Translations under genes and position numbers: made by a program
Notes under the pieces: generated by a model
Seen by the model: the letters and a program-made list of their open reading frames with translations, nothing else
What the model was told of the DNA's origin: nothing
Database searches by the model: none
NCBI GenBank assembly: GCA_043821365.1
Contig: JBDRCX010000002.1
Coordinates: forward strand, 1 to 64,000
Length of the DNA: 64,000 nt
Source: Candidatus Micrarchaeota archaeon
Lineage (GTDB): Archaea; Micrarchaeota; Micrarchaeia; Anstonellales; Bilamarchaeaceae
Direction: 5' to 3'
In this document: one piece after another, positions 1 through 9,356 of the stretch
Position numbering within the stretch: the stretch's first letter is position 1
Layout: every line of letters begins with the position of its first letter

Positions 1-487
1 TTTTGTCTTTTTTTAATATATCCTTTCCCATATCCGCTCTTCTTTTTAGATTCTCTTGTAATCTCCCAAGTTCTTCTTTGTTAGATAATTTTGTCAGTAT
101 GTACCTTTTGTATTCTGCAGTTGTGGCTGACATAGTACCCAGAAGAGAGTGGGCATTTGCAAGTGTTAATTTTATTTCGTCAGGCCTTAGTATTTCAACA
201 CTGTAAGGGCTGTTTGCCATACAAATAGCTCCAAGAACCGCAAAGTCCTTTGCTAAAACTTTAAGCTGGATGGAACTTGACCAATTTTTGTCCTCAGCTC
301 CTCCAGTTGGTTCATCTATCTCACCAAGTGCAAATACAACTCCTTGTTTGTGGATTATCTCATTTATGAATCCAGTTCCTAGTTCTTGTACTAGTTCTTT
401 TGTTTTTGCATGTATGTCAAAGTATAGCATAGCCAGGATGCCTCCGCTAGCTATAGTCTCACGTGTTAATTTTTCTATGTCTCCCAT
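1..487 (-). CDS. Conserved hypothetical protein, partial (runs off window start)
   Basis: Open frame read by hand from ATG at 487 (MGDIEKLTRETIASGGILAMLYFDIHAK...) with no stop before position 1; absent from the ORF track. Confidence 0.75.
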   Translation of the reverse strand, partial: MGDIEKLTRETIASGGILAMLYFDIHAKTKELVQELGTGFINEIIHKQGVVFALGEIDEPTGGAEDKNWSSSIQLKVLAKDFAVLGAICMANSPYSVEILRPDEIKLTLANAHSLLGTMSATTAEYKRYILTKLSNKEELGRLQENLKRRADMGKDILKKDK

Positions 488-658
488 ACTATATTCTTAG
501 TTCGTTAACTCTTTATAAACAATTCCACCATGGGTTTTGGTCATGTTAAATGGTCATAACAATCATATTTATATTAATCACACCAACACTCCCCTTTCAA
601 TTCTGTTTTTCTTACATCTTTAAAATACCATCATGGCATGTTCTACTCGGTGCTATTT

Positions 659-1537
659 ATGAAACCTAAAAGAAATTTTCGTGGACCATCACGTGGTTCG
701 AATGATAAGGAATTTGCAGATAAAAGAGAAAGGTTCCTTAAACGAACAAGGCAGGCAGTCATGGAAGCTCTCAAAAGTAGAGATATGCTTCTAGGAACAG
801 TCACAAGAACAATAGAAGATCTTGATAAAACCATAAACTTACTCGGTGAAAAATTAGAGGACTGGTATGGAATATATTTTCCAGAATTCAAGGCAGATGA
901 CAAGCTTCAGTTTGCAAAAGCAACATTGGCTATTGATAGATCTAATCTAGATGAAAAAGAACTCTCATCTATCCTTGGCCAGAACAAATCTCTTGAGGTT
1001 GTTGAAAAAGCAAAAAAAAGTCTTGGTGTTCAACTTTCCCAAAAAGACCTTTCAGAATGTTTGGCTCTTTCAAAGACAATCATTTCTCTTGAGAAACTTC
1101 GTGAAGATTATGAAGGGTATCAAAAAGAACTTGCAGAAGAGCTTTGTCCTAATCTTTCTGAAGTTGCAGGTCCAGATATTGCTGCAAAACTTGTTTCTCA
1201 TATGGGTACTCTTTATAGACTTGCAATCTTACCTGCAAGTGCAATTCAGGTTATTGGTGCAGAAAAAGCACTTTTCAAACATCTAAAAAATCGAAAGGTT
1301 CCTCCACCAAAACATGGTATAATTTTCCAACATGCAAAGATTTCGTCATCTCCAAAATCAATCAGAGGGAAAATTGCGCGTACTTTGGCAAATAAACTAA
1401 GTCTTGCTGCTAAGGCAGATGCATTTAGTAAAAGAAGAATTTCAGCTCCTTTGAGGAAAGAATTTGACGAAAGGGTAGTTCAACTTATGAAAGAGTATGA
1501 ACTTGCAAAATCAAAAAAACAAACAGATCAAAAGTGA
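659..1537 (+). CDS. nop5: Nop5/Nop56-type C/D-box sRNP protein (coiled coil + Nop domain), N-terminally short
   Basis: LEDWYGIYFPE, CPNLSEVAGPDIAAKL, PASAIQVIGAEKALF, PKHGIIFQH, RGKIARTLANKLSLAAKAD. Confidence 0.92.
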   Translation: MKPKRNFRGPSRGSNDKEFADKRERFLKRTRQAVMEALKSRDMLLGTVTRTIEDLDKTINLLGEKLEDWYGIYFPEFKADDKLQFAKATLAIDRSNLDEKELSSILGQNKSLEVVEKAKKSLGVQLSQKDLSECLALSKTIISLEKLREDYEGYQKELAEELCPNLSEVAGPDIAAKLVSHMGTLYRLAILPASAIQVIGAEKALFKHLKNRKVPPPKHGIIFQHAKISSSPKSIRGKIARTLANKLSLAAKADAFSKRRISAPLRKEFDERVVQLMKEYELAKSKKQTDQK

Positions 1538-1544
1538 AGCCATC

Positions 1545-2168
1545 ATGAAAGTTTTGGCATTTTCTGATCTACATCACGAAGAAGCAGCTTTAGAATCTCT
1601 TGTAGAACTTGGAAAAAAACATAATCATGTTTTTATCTGTGGCGACACTTCAAGAACAGAAATATTTGCAAAAACTGTTTTACAAGAATTTCCAAATGGT
1701 TTTATCATACCTGGAAATTGGGACAGTGAACATGTGAACAATCTTTTTTCTTCTTCTCCACAATGGATACACGGAAGACGAGTTGATCTATTTGGTAATT
1801 TAAATGTTGTTGGTTTTGGTTTTTCCCCTCCAACTCCATTTGGGACATTTGGTGAAATAAGTGAAGATGAATTTTATTCAAAAATGTCAAAGCTACCAAT
1901 AGATAAGAATACTCTTCTGTTGCTTCATACTCCCCCTAAAGGTCATTTTGATGAAGCATTTTTGAGGCACATAGGTAGTTCTTCAATTCTAAAAATTATA
2001 GAAGAAAAAGAACCGTTGGTAGCATTTTTTGGACATGCACATGAGCATTCAGGGATTAAGGTGTTGGGGAATACTATGCTAGTAAAGCTTCCACCAGCAA
2101 ATAATATGCGTGCCTGCTCTCTTACAATAAAAAACAAAAAGATTTCTGCGGAGTTTATTACATTATGA
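1545..2168 (+). CDS. Calcineurin-like metallophosphoesterase
   Basis: SDLH, CGD, PGNWD, LHTPP, GHAHE metal-binding motifs. Confidence 0.9.
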   Translation: MKVLAFSDLHHEEAALESLVELGKKHNHVFICGDTSRTEIFAKTVLQEFPNGFIIPGNWDSEHVNNLFSSSPQWIHGRRVDLFGNLNVVGFGFSPPTPFGTFGEISEDEFYSKMSKLPIDKNTLLLLHTPPKGHFDEAFLRHIGSSSILKIIEEKEPLVAFFGHAHEHSGIKVLGNTMLVKLPPANNMRACSLTIKNKKISAEFITL

Positions 2169-2554
2169 TAACCATTAGAACAATTGGTCCCTCAGAATAC
2201 GATTCTGCAAAAGACTTTATCAAAAAAGTTTTTCCAAATGCAATGGTTAGGGTTAGTGATGATGATACTATAATCTTTGCAGAAGCAGGCGGAAAGCCAG
2301 TTGGATTTGCACATATGGTTGATGATTCAGATAGATTGATCCTACAAGGTCTTGGTGTTGATGATTCTGCACGTGGCCAAGGGATTGGCACAATTCTTTT
2401 GGAATATGTCATATCTATGTTTGATGATGGTGTCAGACCCATTTACCTTAAAGTTAAGGTTATGAACCCAGTCATTGATCTGTATTTACGTTATGGTTTT
2501 TTCCTTAAAAAATTCGGTCATAGTCATGTTTTGGTTAAAAAAATAAATAGTTGA
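2165..2554 (+). CDS. GNAT family N-acetyltransferase
   Basis: LGVDDSARGQGIGTILL acetyl-CoA motif A; YLRYGF; ATGA overlap with upstream gene. Confidence 0.88.
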   Translation: MITIRTIGPSEYDSAKDFIKKVFPNAMVRVSDDDTIIFAEAGGKPVGFAHMVDDSDRLILQGLGVDDSARGQGIGTILLEYVISMFDDGVRPIYLKVKVMNPVIDLYLRYGFFLKKFGHSHVLVKKINS

Positions 2555-2712
2555 CCAAAACAATTTGCTTAAATAATTATGTTACCCAACTTTACTACTG
2601 AATTTTATCAAACCTGAGCATTTCTTAGGTTGAAGTTTAGGGAACTATACTCACGTGGAGGTCTAAGGAACCACATTAGTTTGTAGTAGTAGTTCCTTAA
2701 TTGAACTAAAAT

Positions 2713-2785
2713 GGGGAAATGAGCTAACCTGGTATGCTGTCAGCTTTGGGAGCTGGTTGTCTGAGTTCAAATCTCAGTTTCCCCA
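2713..2785 (+). tRNA. tRNA-Pro(UGG), intronless
   Basis: GGGGAAA/TTTCCCC acceptor; TCAGC-TT-TGG-GA-GCTGG anticodon arm; CTGAG-TTCAAAT-CTCAG T arm. Confidence 0.95.
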
Positions 2786-2844
2786 TCTTCATTTTCGAAT
2801 TTTTTGGAAGTAAGATTTATATATCTATATTGAAAATCTATCTC

Positions 2845-3999
2845 ATGACCAGTATCAGAAAGAAGAGGTACCCCAGCCTCGAGCATAAATCGATCGTCGT
2901 AAAAAAATCTAAAAAACCAAAAAAAACATCATCATATAAAAAAGCTCCAGACCGTTTACGCTTTTCCGATCTTGCCAAAATTCTTACAAGTGGCGAGCGT
3001 TTAGCTATGCTCAGCGCAGTTGACCGACTTCGGGGCCGTTCCAGAATTTTAGTTGAACTTGCACTGTTTTCAAATTTTCAATTTGTAAGATTGGCGGCAG
3101 TTACAAATCTTTCTAGTGATGTTGAAGCACTTGTTGATATTGCAAATTACTGTCACTATGATGACACTCGGGTTTCAGCACTTGATGAACTTTCCTCAAA
3201 TATGGGTGCATTGGTTGAAATTGCATGCTCTTCTTTATTTGGAAATACACGGGTGGACGCAGTTAGTTTTATTACAGATCCATTATCCCTTGCAACAATA
3301 GCAGCAAAATCCCCAAATAAGGATTCAAGAACAGTTGCTCTAAAAAAAATTGCAAATAATAAAAACGCATTGAAAAAAGTTGCAGAAGAATCAACTTATA
3401 AACCTGCAAGATTAGGTGCACTAAAGAGCCTATCTTCTGATGTTGATGCCATGTGTTCTCTGACACTTTCAAAAAACAGTGATGTGAAAAAAGTTGCAGT
3501 ATCGACTCTCTCCAGTGTTGTGGATGAAATAGATGATATGGATGCATTGACTGAAATTGCCAAACATTCGTCAAATGAGGACTCAAGATACATTGCGGTT
3601 GGAAGAATATCAAATGATCCTGCTTCTTTGCGTTCTGTGATATCAGAATCTAAATATTCAGATGCACGTTCCACTGCTCTTATGCTGTTATCTGATATGG
3701 TTCCAAGTATAAAAGATATGGAAGTGTTGACAGATGTTGCAATTCTTTCACCTTATGAAGACTGTAGAGTTGCAGCAATAGAGCGTTTGGTCGGCCACAG
3801 TGCTGCTTTATTGGAAATAGCCAAAAAAGGAAAATACAGGGATTCAAGAGATCTTGCCCTTGAGAAACTCAAGTCTGATTCAAGTGCACTAAAAAGCGTT
3901 TCAAGGCTTTCTCAGTATAGCGATACAAGGAAAAAGGCACATAGGTTGATGTCAAACCCAAAAGTTTTCCATTCAGAGCTTACTAAGATTCTAGGCTAA
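2845..3999 (+). CDS. HEAT/LRV-like helical repeat protein (about 12-13 repeats of ~25 aa) with basic N-terminus
   Basis: Recurrent DxxALxEIAxxSxYxDxRxxAxxxL units; the ORF-track extension to 2734 runs through tRNA-Pro, so start moved to ATG 2845. Confidence 0.75.
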   Translation: MTSIRKKRYPSLEHKSIVVKKSKKPKKTSSYKKAPDRLRFSDLAKILTSGERLAMLSAVDRLRGRSRILVELALFSNFQFVRLAAVTNLSSDVEALVDIANYCHYDDTRVSALDELSSNMGALVEIACSSLFGNTRVDAVSFITDPLSLATIAAKSPNKDSRTVALKKIANNKNALKKVAEESTYKPARLGALKSLSSDVDAMCSLTLSKNSDVKKVAVSTLSSVVDEIDDMDALTEIAKHSSNEDSRYIAVGRISNDPASLRSVISESKYSDARSTALMLLSDMVPSIKDMEVLTDVAILSPYEDCRVAAIERLVGHSAALLEIAKKGKYRDSRDLALEKLKSDSSALKSVSRLSQYSDTRKKAHRLMSNPKVFHSELTKILG

Positions 4000-4029
4000 T
4001 TTATATTTTTATCTTTACATTTTCTACAC

Positions 4030-5298
4030 ATGTTTGACCCATTCCTAGTAATAGGAGCCACAATACTGCTTGGTTACTTTTCAATAGCATTTTTTGATAG
4101 AACAAAAATATCCCAAGTTATACTTCTTATGCTGTTTGGGTTTATTCTAGCCCATGTACTTGGTGTTGTTGATGCATCAAATAATTCAGTAATAATCTCA
4201 ATTCTGCCATTTTTATCCACTCTTGCACTTATCATCCTTCTATTCGATGCAGGTCTGACATTTGATGTTGTTTCTGTTGCAAAATCAATACCTCGAAGTT
4301 TTCTATTCACTCTAACAATCTTCTTCTTTACCATGCTCATAATCACACTGGTTTTGTGGGTGTTTTTCGGCTGGCCATTACTTTATGGTGCCCTTCTTGC
4401 TGCGGTTTTAGGTGGTACAAGCTCTGCCATCGTAGTTGCGATGATTGAAAAAACAAGATTGGATAAGGAAACAAAATCAATGCTTGTATTGGAATCAACA
4501 ATAACTGATGCATTCTGTATTATTTTTGCAGTTTTCATAGCGCAATTAATTGCATTGGGAAGTACGCCAGATTTCGGTATTCTGACTGGTTCTCTTGCCA
4601 ATTCAATATTCATGTCAATTGTTTTTGGTACTGTGAGTGCAATTCTTTGGTTGGTAATCTCTAAGCGTTTCCTCATATCAAAATTCAGCTATATGCTTAC
4701 TCTATCAATAATATTCATTCTTTATGCAGTTACTACCTCTTCTGGTTTTAACGGCGGCCTTGCTGTTTTTGTGTTTGGTATAATAATAGGAAACATATCC
4801 GGACTTCTTGGCCTTGTTAATATCAAATGGGGTAATAGGATTAGTCCAACAATACAATTTTTCCAAGGTGAGATAACCTTTTTCATAAGAACATTCTTCT
4901 TTGTATATATCGGTCTTCTCATATCTCCAGATTATTTCCAATTCCCAATAGTTATTTTTGCTGCATTCTTAACATTCCTATTCATAGTATCAAGATCAAT
5001 TGTTTCCAAGTTCTTTTTACCAAGTATTAATTCAGCAGGAAGAAATATGGTTGTTGCAATGATGCCGCGTGGTCTTGCAGCAGCAGTATTAACTACCTTA
5101 CCACTAATCGTGGCAGTTCCAATACCTGATTTCAGGGAGCTTGTCTTTGTCACATTGTTATTCACAAATATTGTTGCAACACTTGGTGTAATTCTATTTG
5201 ATTATTCTCCTCCTGATGATGAATCACTTTCCGAATTGGAGGAAAAAGATAGTAGCAATGTAGACAAGGTAGATGAGGATAAAGACAGCCCCTCCTAA
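4030..5298 (+). CDS. Cation:proton antiporter, CPA1/NhaP type
   Basis: About 12 TM helices; LFDAG, GTSSAIV, LESTITDAFCI, FFFVYIG, MMPRGLAAAVL. Confidence 0.9.
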   Translation: MFDPFLVIGATILLGYFSIAFFDRTKISQVILLMLFGFILAHVLGVVDASNNSVIISILPFLSTLALIILLFDAGLTFDVVSVAKSIPRSFLFTLTIFFFTMLIITLVLWVFFGWPLLYGALLAAVLGGTSSAIVVAMIEKTRLDKETKSMLVLESTITDAFCIIFAVFIAQLIALGSTPDFGILTGSLANSIFMSIVFGTVSAILWLVISKRFLISKFSYMLTLSIIFILYAVTTSSGFNGGLAVFVFGIIIGNISGLLGLVNIKWGNRISPTIQFFQGEITFFIRTFFFVYIGLLISPDYFQFPIVIFAAFLTFLFIVSRSIVSKFFLPSINSAGRNMVVAMMPRGLAAAVLTTLPLIVAVPIPDFRELVFVTLLFTNIVATLGVILFDYSPPDDESLSELEEKDSSNVDKVDEDKDSPS

Positions 5299-6180
5299 TT
5301 TTTTTATTCCTTTGTTTACTGCAGCAACATAGAAAAAAAGTGTATTTGCAACAACTGCAAATAATAATGCAACCATGAATATTGGAAGCTGAACCTCTAT
5401 GGGATTTATTACCGATGCTGTTCCTAAAACAAGAGTTAAATTTGCCATATTGCTTCCTATTGCATCCCCAATAGCAAGTCCATAATGTTTTTTTCTTATG
5501 GCCTGAAGGTCAATTGTAAGTTCTGGCAGCGAGGTTCCCAATGCTATTATTGTTGCACCGATAAAACTCTCAGCAATACCAGCTATTCTTGCAAGTTTAA
5601 CTGCAGAATCAACAACAAATCCAGAACTTATCATGACAAACAGAACACCTATACTGAAAATAATAAATGCGTGAAACGCTTCCTCTTTTTTAACGAGTTT
5701 TTCTTCTTTGCCATCAGCTACTGGTTTTTTCTTTAATGTGTGCCATACATAAACTCCAAAAATCGTCAGAAGTGCAATTCCTTCAAATAATCCAAGAACT
5801 TTTTGCTGTACGTAACTATTGAATACGATATAAACAGATATCACTGTTGTCAATAATAATACAATTGCAATGTCCTTCAGGCTTGATGCATGTATTTTTA
5901 GTTTGTATATAAATGCACCAAGTCCAAGTATCAATAAAATGTTTGTAATGTTTGAACCAAATACATTTCCAGCTGAAATAGCACCTTGGCCTGAGACAGA
6001 TGATATGATTGAAACAGACAACTCTGGAAGGCTTGTTGCAACTGCCAATAATATGAATCCTATGGCCACCTGGCTTACCCTAAAATAATTTGCAAGCTTT
6101 GCAGCACTATCTATCACCGCACTTGATGAACGAGCTAATATGGCTATAGATATGATTAATATTATTGTTTCCTGAATCAT
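5224..6180 (-). CDS. Calcium/sodium antiporter (CaCA, YrbG-like)
   Basis: Two alpha repeats ATSLPEL...GNVFGSNITN and GTSLPEL...GDAIGSNMAN. Confidence 0.92.
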   Translation of the reverse strand: MIQETIILIISIAILARSSSAVIDSAAKLANYFRVSQVAIGFILLAVATSLPELSVSIISSVSGQGAISAGNVFGSNITNILLILGLGAFIYKLKIHASSLKDIAIVLLLTTVISVYIVFNSYVQQKVLGLFEGIALLTIFGVYVWHTLKKKPVADGKEEKLVKKEEAFHAFIIFSIGVLFVMISSGFVVDSAVKLARIAGIAESFIGATIIALGTSLPELTIDLQAIRKKHYGLAIGDAIGSNMANLTLVLGTASVINPIEVQLPIFMVALLFAVVANTLFFYVAAVNKGIKKLGGAVFILIYLVYIATIFFLQFGK

Positions 6181-6223
6181 CCAATAAGCAACTAATTTAA
6201 AGTTTAAATGTTTTACCCTCTCC
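6181..6223. promoter_or_regulatory. Putative bidirectional promoter between divergent antiporter genes
   Basis: 43-bp spacer containing tandem TTTAAA elements (tttaaagtttaaa). Confidence 0.45.
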
Positions 6224-7510
6224 ATGATTTCTTCAATAAAAAAATATTTTCCACTAGTATTATTAGCTGTTTTTTTGTTTCTATTGGCAAGTATTATTAG
6301 AACCAGTATTTTTGGTCATGTTGATGAGGAGGATCATATATATTTTGAAATAGTTTTCTTGTTGTTGCTTGCTGTTTTAGGTGAACTTACTGTTGTTTAT
6401 TTCAAAATTCCTTCAGTCATGATATTAATGATTCTTGGTATACTCATGAGCCCAAGTTTCATAGCACTAACATTTCATTTTATTGAGTCACTCGACCTTC
6501 CAATTTGGATGCCATCAGAACCTCCAGAAATACTTCGTGCTGATAATATAATCCACATCTTTGCTCAACTTGGTGCAATAATCTTGTTATTCAAAGTTGG
6601 TCTTCACAATAAGATGGAAGGTATTTTTTCAAAGGATAACCTTATCGTTGCTTTGTGTGGAATTGTATTCCCATTTCTTATTGGATATTTTTATGCAAGT
6701 TTTTCTGGCGGTAACTTCGCCTACTCTATGTTTGTTGGAGCAGCTTTAACAGCTACAAGTGTTGGGGTTACTGTTGCAATTTTGAGGGAATTTAAACTGC
6801 TGAATGAAAGATTTGCTGAAATAATCATAGGAGCAGCAATTATCGATGACATTCTTGGTTTGCTTGTTCTGTCCTTTGTAATAAACATGACCGGTGAAAC
6901 AGAGTCGTTTGTACCAATAATAATGACATTTATATCTGCTGCAGTTTTTATATTTGGAAGTGTTGTTGCAGGGGATTATTTTGTCAGGTACATGGATCGT
7001 ACAAAATTCAGCCAAATGGTTTTCCTCTCTGTTTTGGCATTTATGCTTCTTTATGCATATTTTGCAGAATTCATAAAATTGTCTGCAATTGTTGGGGCCT
7101 TCATGGCAGGTGTGATACTTAATCGGAGTAAGCATCTTAAAGAAATTGAAGAAAAAACTTACGGTCTGGAACTTCTGTTTATGCCAATTTTCTTTATTTC
7201 ACTTGGTATCCTTGTTGATGTCAATTCACTTGCTATTTTTGCAATACCAATCCTCATAATAACAGTACTAGCAATGCTTAGCAAAATTATCCCCTGTGGT
7301 ATTGCTTCTTTATTTGCAGGTTTATCAAAACGAGATTCTCTTGTTGTTGGTGTTGGGATGGCACCACGAGGGGAAGTGGCTCTTATTGTGGCTTCCTTGG
7401 GTCTTTCCACAGGGGTACTTGCTGTTTCAGAATACTCTGTAATATCTGCAATGGCCCTCATCACCACGTTCCTAGTCCCTCCTTTACTTGGAAAATTGCT
7501 TTCCAAGTAA
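6224..7510 (+). CDS. Cation:proton antiporter, CPA2/KefB-NapA type
   Basis: LLFKVGL, ATSVGVT, AAIIDDILG, FMPIFFISLG, GMAPRGEVALI. Confidence 0.92.
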   Translation: MISSIKKYFPLVLLAVFLFLLASIIRTSIFGHVDEEDHIYFEIVFLLLLAVLGELTVVYFKIPSVMILMILGILMSPSFIALTFHFIESLDLPIWMPSEPPEILRADNIIHIFAQLGAIILLFKVGLHNKMEGIFSKDNLIVALCGIVFPFLIGYFYASFSGGNFAYSMFVGAALTATSVGVTVAILREFKLLNERFAEIIIGAAIIDDILGLLVLSFVINMTGETESFVPIIMTFISAAVFIFGSVVAGDYFVRYMDRTKFSQMVFLSVLAFMLLYAYFAEFIKLSAIVGAFMAGVILNRSKHLKEIEEKTYGLELLFMPIFFISLGILVDVNSLAIFAIPILIITVLAMLSKIIPCGIASLFAGLSKRDSLVVGVGMAPRGEVALIVASLGLSTGVLAVSEYSVISAMALITTFLVPPLLGKLLSK

Positions 7511-7541
7511 GTATTATATTTGGTGTCATCAATAGTCTCTC

Positions 7542-8552
7542 ATGAAAAAATTATGGTTTTTATTTCCAATGTTGATTATTCTTTTTGGATGTTTTGAACA
7601 ATCTACTCCTGAACCCATTGTTCTTGACGAACAATTATCTGTACCTGTACAAAGCAACAACACAACTCAAATTATCGAAACGCAACCAGAACCAACTCCT
7701 TTAGAGATAGCGAATCAGACTGCATTTGAATTTGCTATTTTATCATCCACATACGCCTATGATGGTTTTGGTATGACTCTGCTTAATTATTCTGAAGGCG
7801 ACGAATTCACTTTTACATACCTCTATAATTCACAATATGCTGGCTTTGGAAATCGATCTGAATTCTATCTAAAAAGTTCACTCCGTACTCATACTCTTGT
7901 GTTAACAGTTGTAGATAGTGAAGTTACTTCTGCAATACTTGATGGAGTTTATAACGAACTAGAATTAGGAATGGTTGATGTTGCTGAAACATTTGATTTT
8001 GATTTAGTGAGCCTAGAAACATGCAAAGAATTGGCAATTGATTTTGTGGAACAAAGCAATGTTTTCCAGACAAAAGTATATCAAGGAATGTCTGCTTGGA
8101 CAAACAATGCTAGTGTCACCAGGCTATCGGATACGTTATGTCAGGTTAGGGTCTTTATTCCAACAAGTTCTGACGGACAATATTACGAGTCTGTTTATGT
8201 TTTTGTTGATCATGATGTTGTTTTCTTTCCAAATTCAAATTCCCAACGTAGCTGGATAGACATATATATGGATCCAAATGCAGATTATTCAATTATCCTA
8301 ACACCACTTCCAAATCCACTTTGCCCACCAGGACAACTAATGGCGACTTCAACTCACCTTAAATTCTGCTTTGAACCAACAATAACAAACAACATGCCAT
8401 GTTCGAGTTCTGTTTCATGTGAAAGAGGTGCTTGTGTTAGAACCAGCATGGGCGAATTTGGTACACCTACCAAATGTTTTGATTATCCTTTTGGCTGCAG
8501 ATATTGGGTTGCTGAAAATAACCAGCCTGCAAAATTAGTCTGTCTTAGTTGA
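7542..8552 (+). CDS. Secreted lipoprotein-like protein of unknown function, Cys-rich C-terminus
   Basis: MKK + hydrophobic stretch + LFGC lipobox-like motif; several Cys near the C-terminus. Confidence 0.6.
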   Translation: MKKLWFLFPMLIILFGCFEQSTPEPIVLDEQLSVPVQSNNTTQIIETQPEPTPLEIANQTAFEFAILSSTYAYDGFGMTLLNYSEGDEFTFTYLYNSQYAGFGNRSEFYLKSSLRTHTLVLTVVDSEVTSAILDGVYNELELGMVDVAETFDFDLVSLETCKELAIDFVEQSNVFQTKVYQGMSAWTNNASVTRLSDTLCQVRVFIPTSSDGQYYESVYVFVDHDVVFFPNSNSQRSWIDIYMDPNADYSIILTPLPNPLCPPGQLMATSTHLKFCFEPTITNNMPCSSSVSCERGACVRTSMGEFGTPTKCFDYPFGCRYWVAENNQPAKLVCLS

Positions 8553-8607
8553 TTGTGCTAGTAGCGCAAAAACTAAGTAATTTAAATTTCCCATCCTAGA
8601 TCTATCC

Positions 8608-9321
8608 ATGACTAAAAGCGATCGGGTTCCAACCTGTATTCCTGGTTTTGATGAGTTAATTGCAAACGGTCTAGAGAAAAATAGTATTACTGTGCTAAAA
8701 GGAGGAGCAGGGAGCGGTAAAACAATATTATCACTACAATACCTCCACGGCGGCTGTACAAAACATGATGAAGGTGGGGTGTTTATCAGCTTTTTAGAAT
8801 CAAAAGATTCTGTTTATACAACTGCTAAAAAATTTGGTTGGGATTTTGAAAAATTAGAAAAAGATAAATTATTCAGGTTCATAAAATATACCCCACACGA
8901 GATACAAAAAATAGTTAAAGATGGGGGCGGATCGCTTAGAGACACCATAGAAGCCCTTGAAGCAAAAAGGATTGTTGTTGATTCATTGACTGCATATGGT
9001 CTTGTTTTCAAAACAGACTATGAAACAAATGAAGGTGTGATGAACTTCATGAGCCTTTTGAAATCATGCAACTGTACTACTTTAGTTACTGAAGAATGCG
9101 AAGCAAATCCCAATGAAATAGAAAGTGGAAGATTAAGCTTTCTTAGTGATGGTCTTGTTAAACTTTATCATCTTCGGAAAGAGTATGGTAAATACCGTGC
9201 TCTTGAAGTAGTAAAAATGAGGCATACTGATCATTCAGATAGGATGCATATGTTCGACATTTCTGGTAAAGGAATTGTCATCAGAGAACAATCGGGTATT
9301 TTTGAACGCAAAAATGATTAG
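8608..9321 (+). CDS. Single-domain KaiC/RAD55-like ATPase
   Basis: DRVPTCIPGFDELI, GGAGSGKT, IVVDSL, SDGLVKL, EVVKMRHT. Confidence 0.9.
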   Translation: MTKSDRVPTCIPGFDELIANGLEKNSITVLKGGAGSGKTILSLQYLHGGCTKHDEGGVFISFLESKDSVYTTAKKFGWDFEKLEKDKLFRFIKYTPHEIQKIVKDGGGSLRDTIEALEAKRIVVDSLTAYGLVFKTDYETNEGVMNFMSLLKSCNCTTLVTEECEANPNEIESGRLSFLSDGLVKLYHLRKEYGKYRALEVVKMRHTDHSDRMHMFDISGKGIVIREQSGIFERKND

Positions 9322-9356
9322 AATGCTATTTAATATTTAACCTGTAATCTTTTTTG

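Noticed and set aside
2580-2645. TPP-riboswitch-like words (aacctga ... tttaggga)
   Set aside because: The CUGAGA pyrimidine-sensor helix and overall architecture are missing, and no thiamine gene lies downstream
2734-2844. ORF-track N-terminal extension of the repeat protein
   Set aside because: It runs through tRNA-Pro; ATG 2845 after an AT-rich promoter region is more plausible
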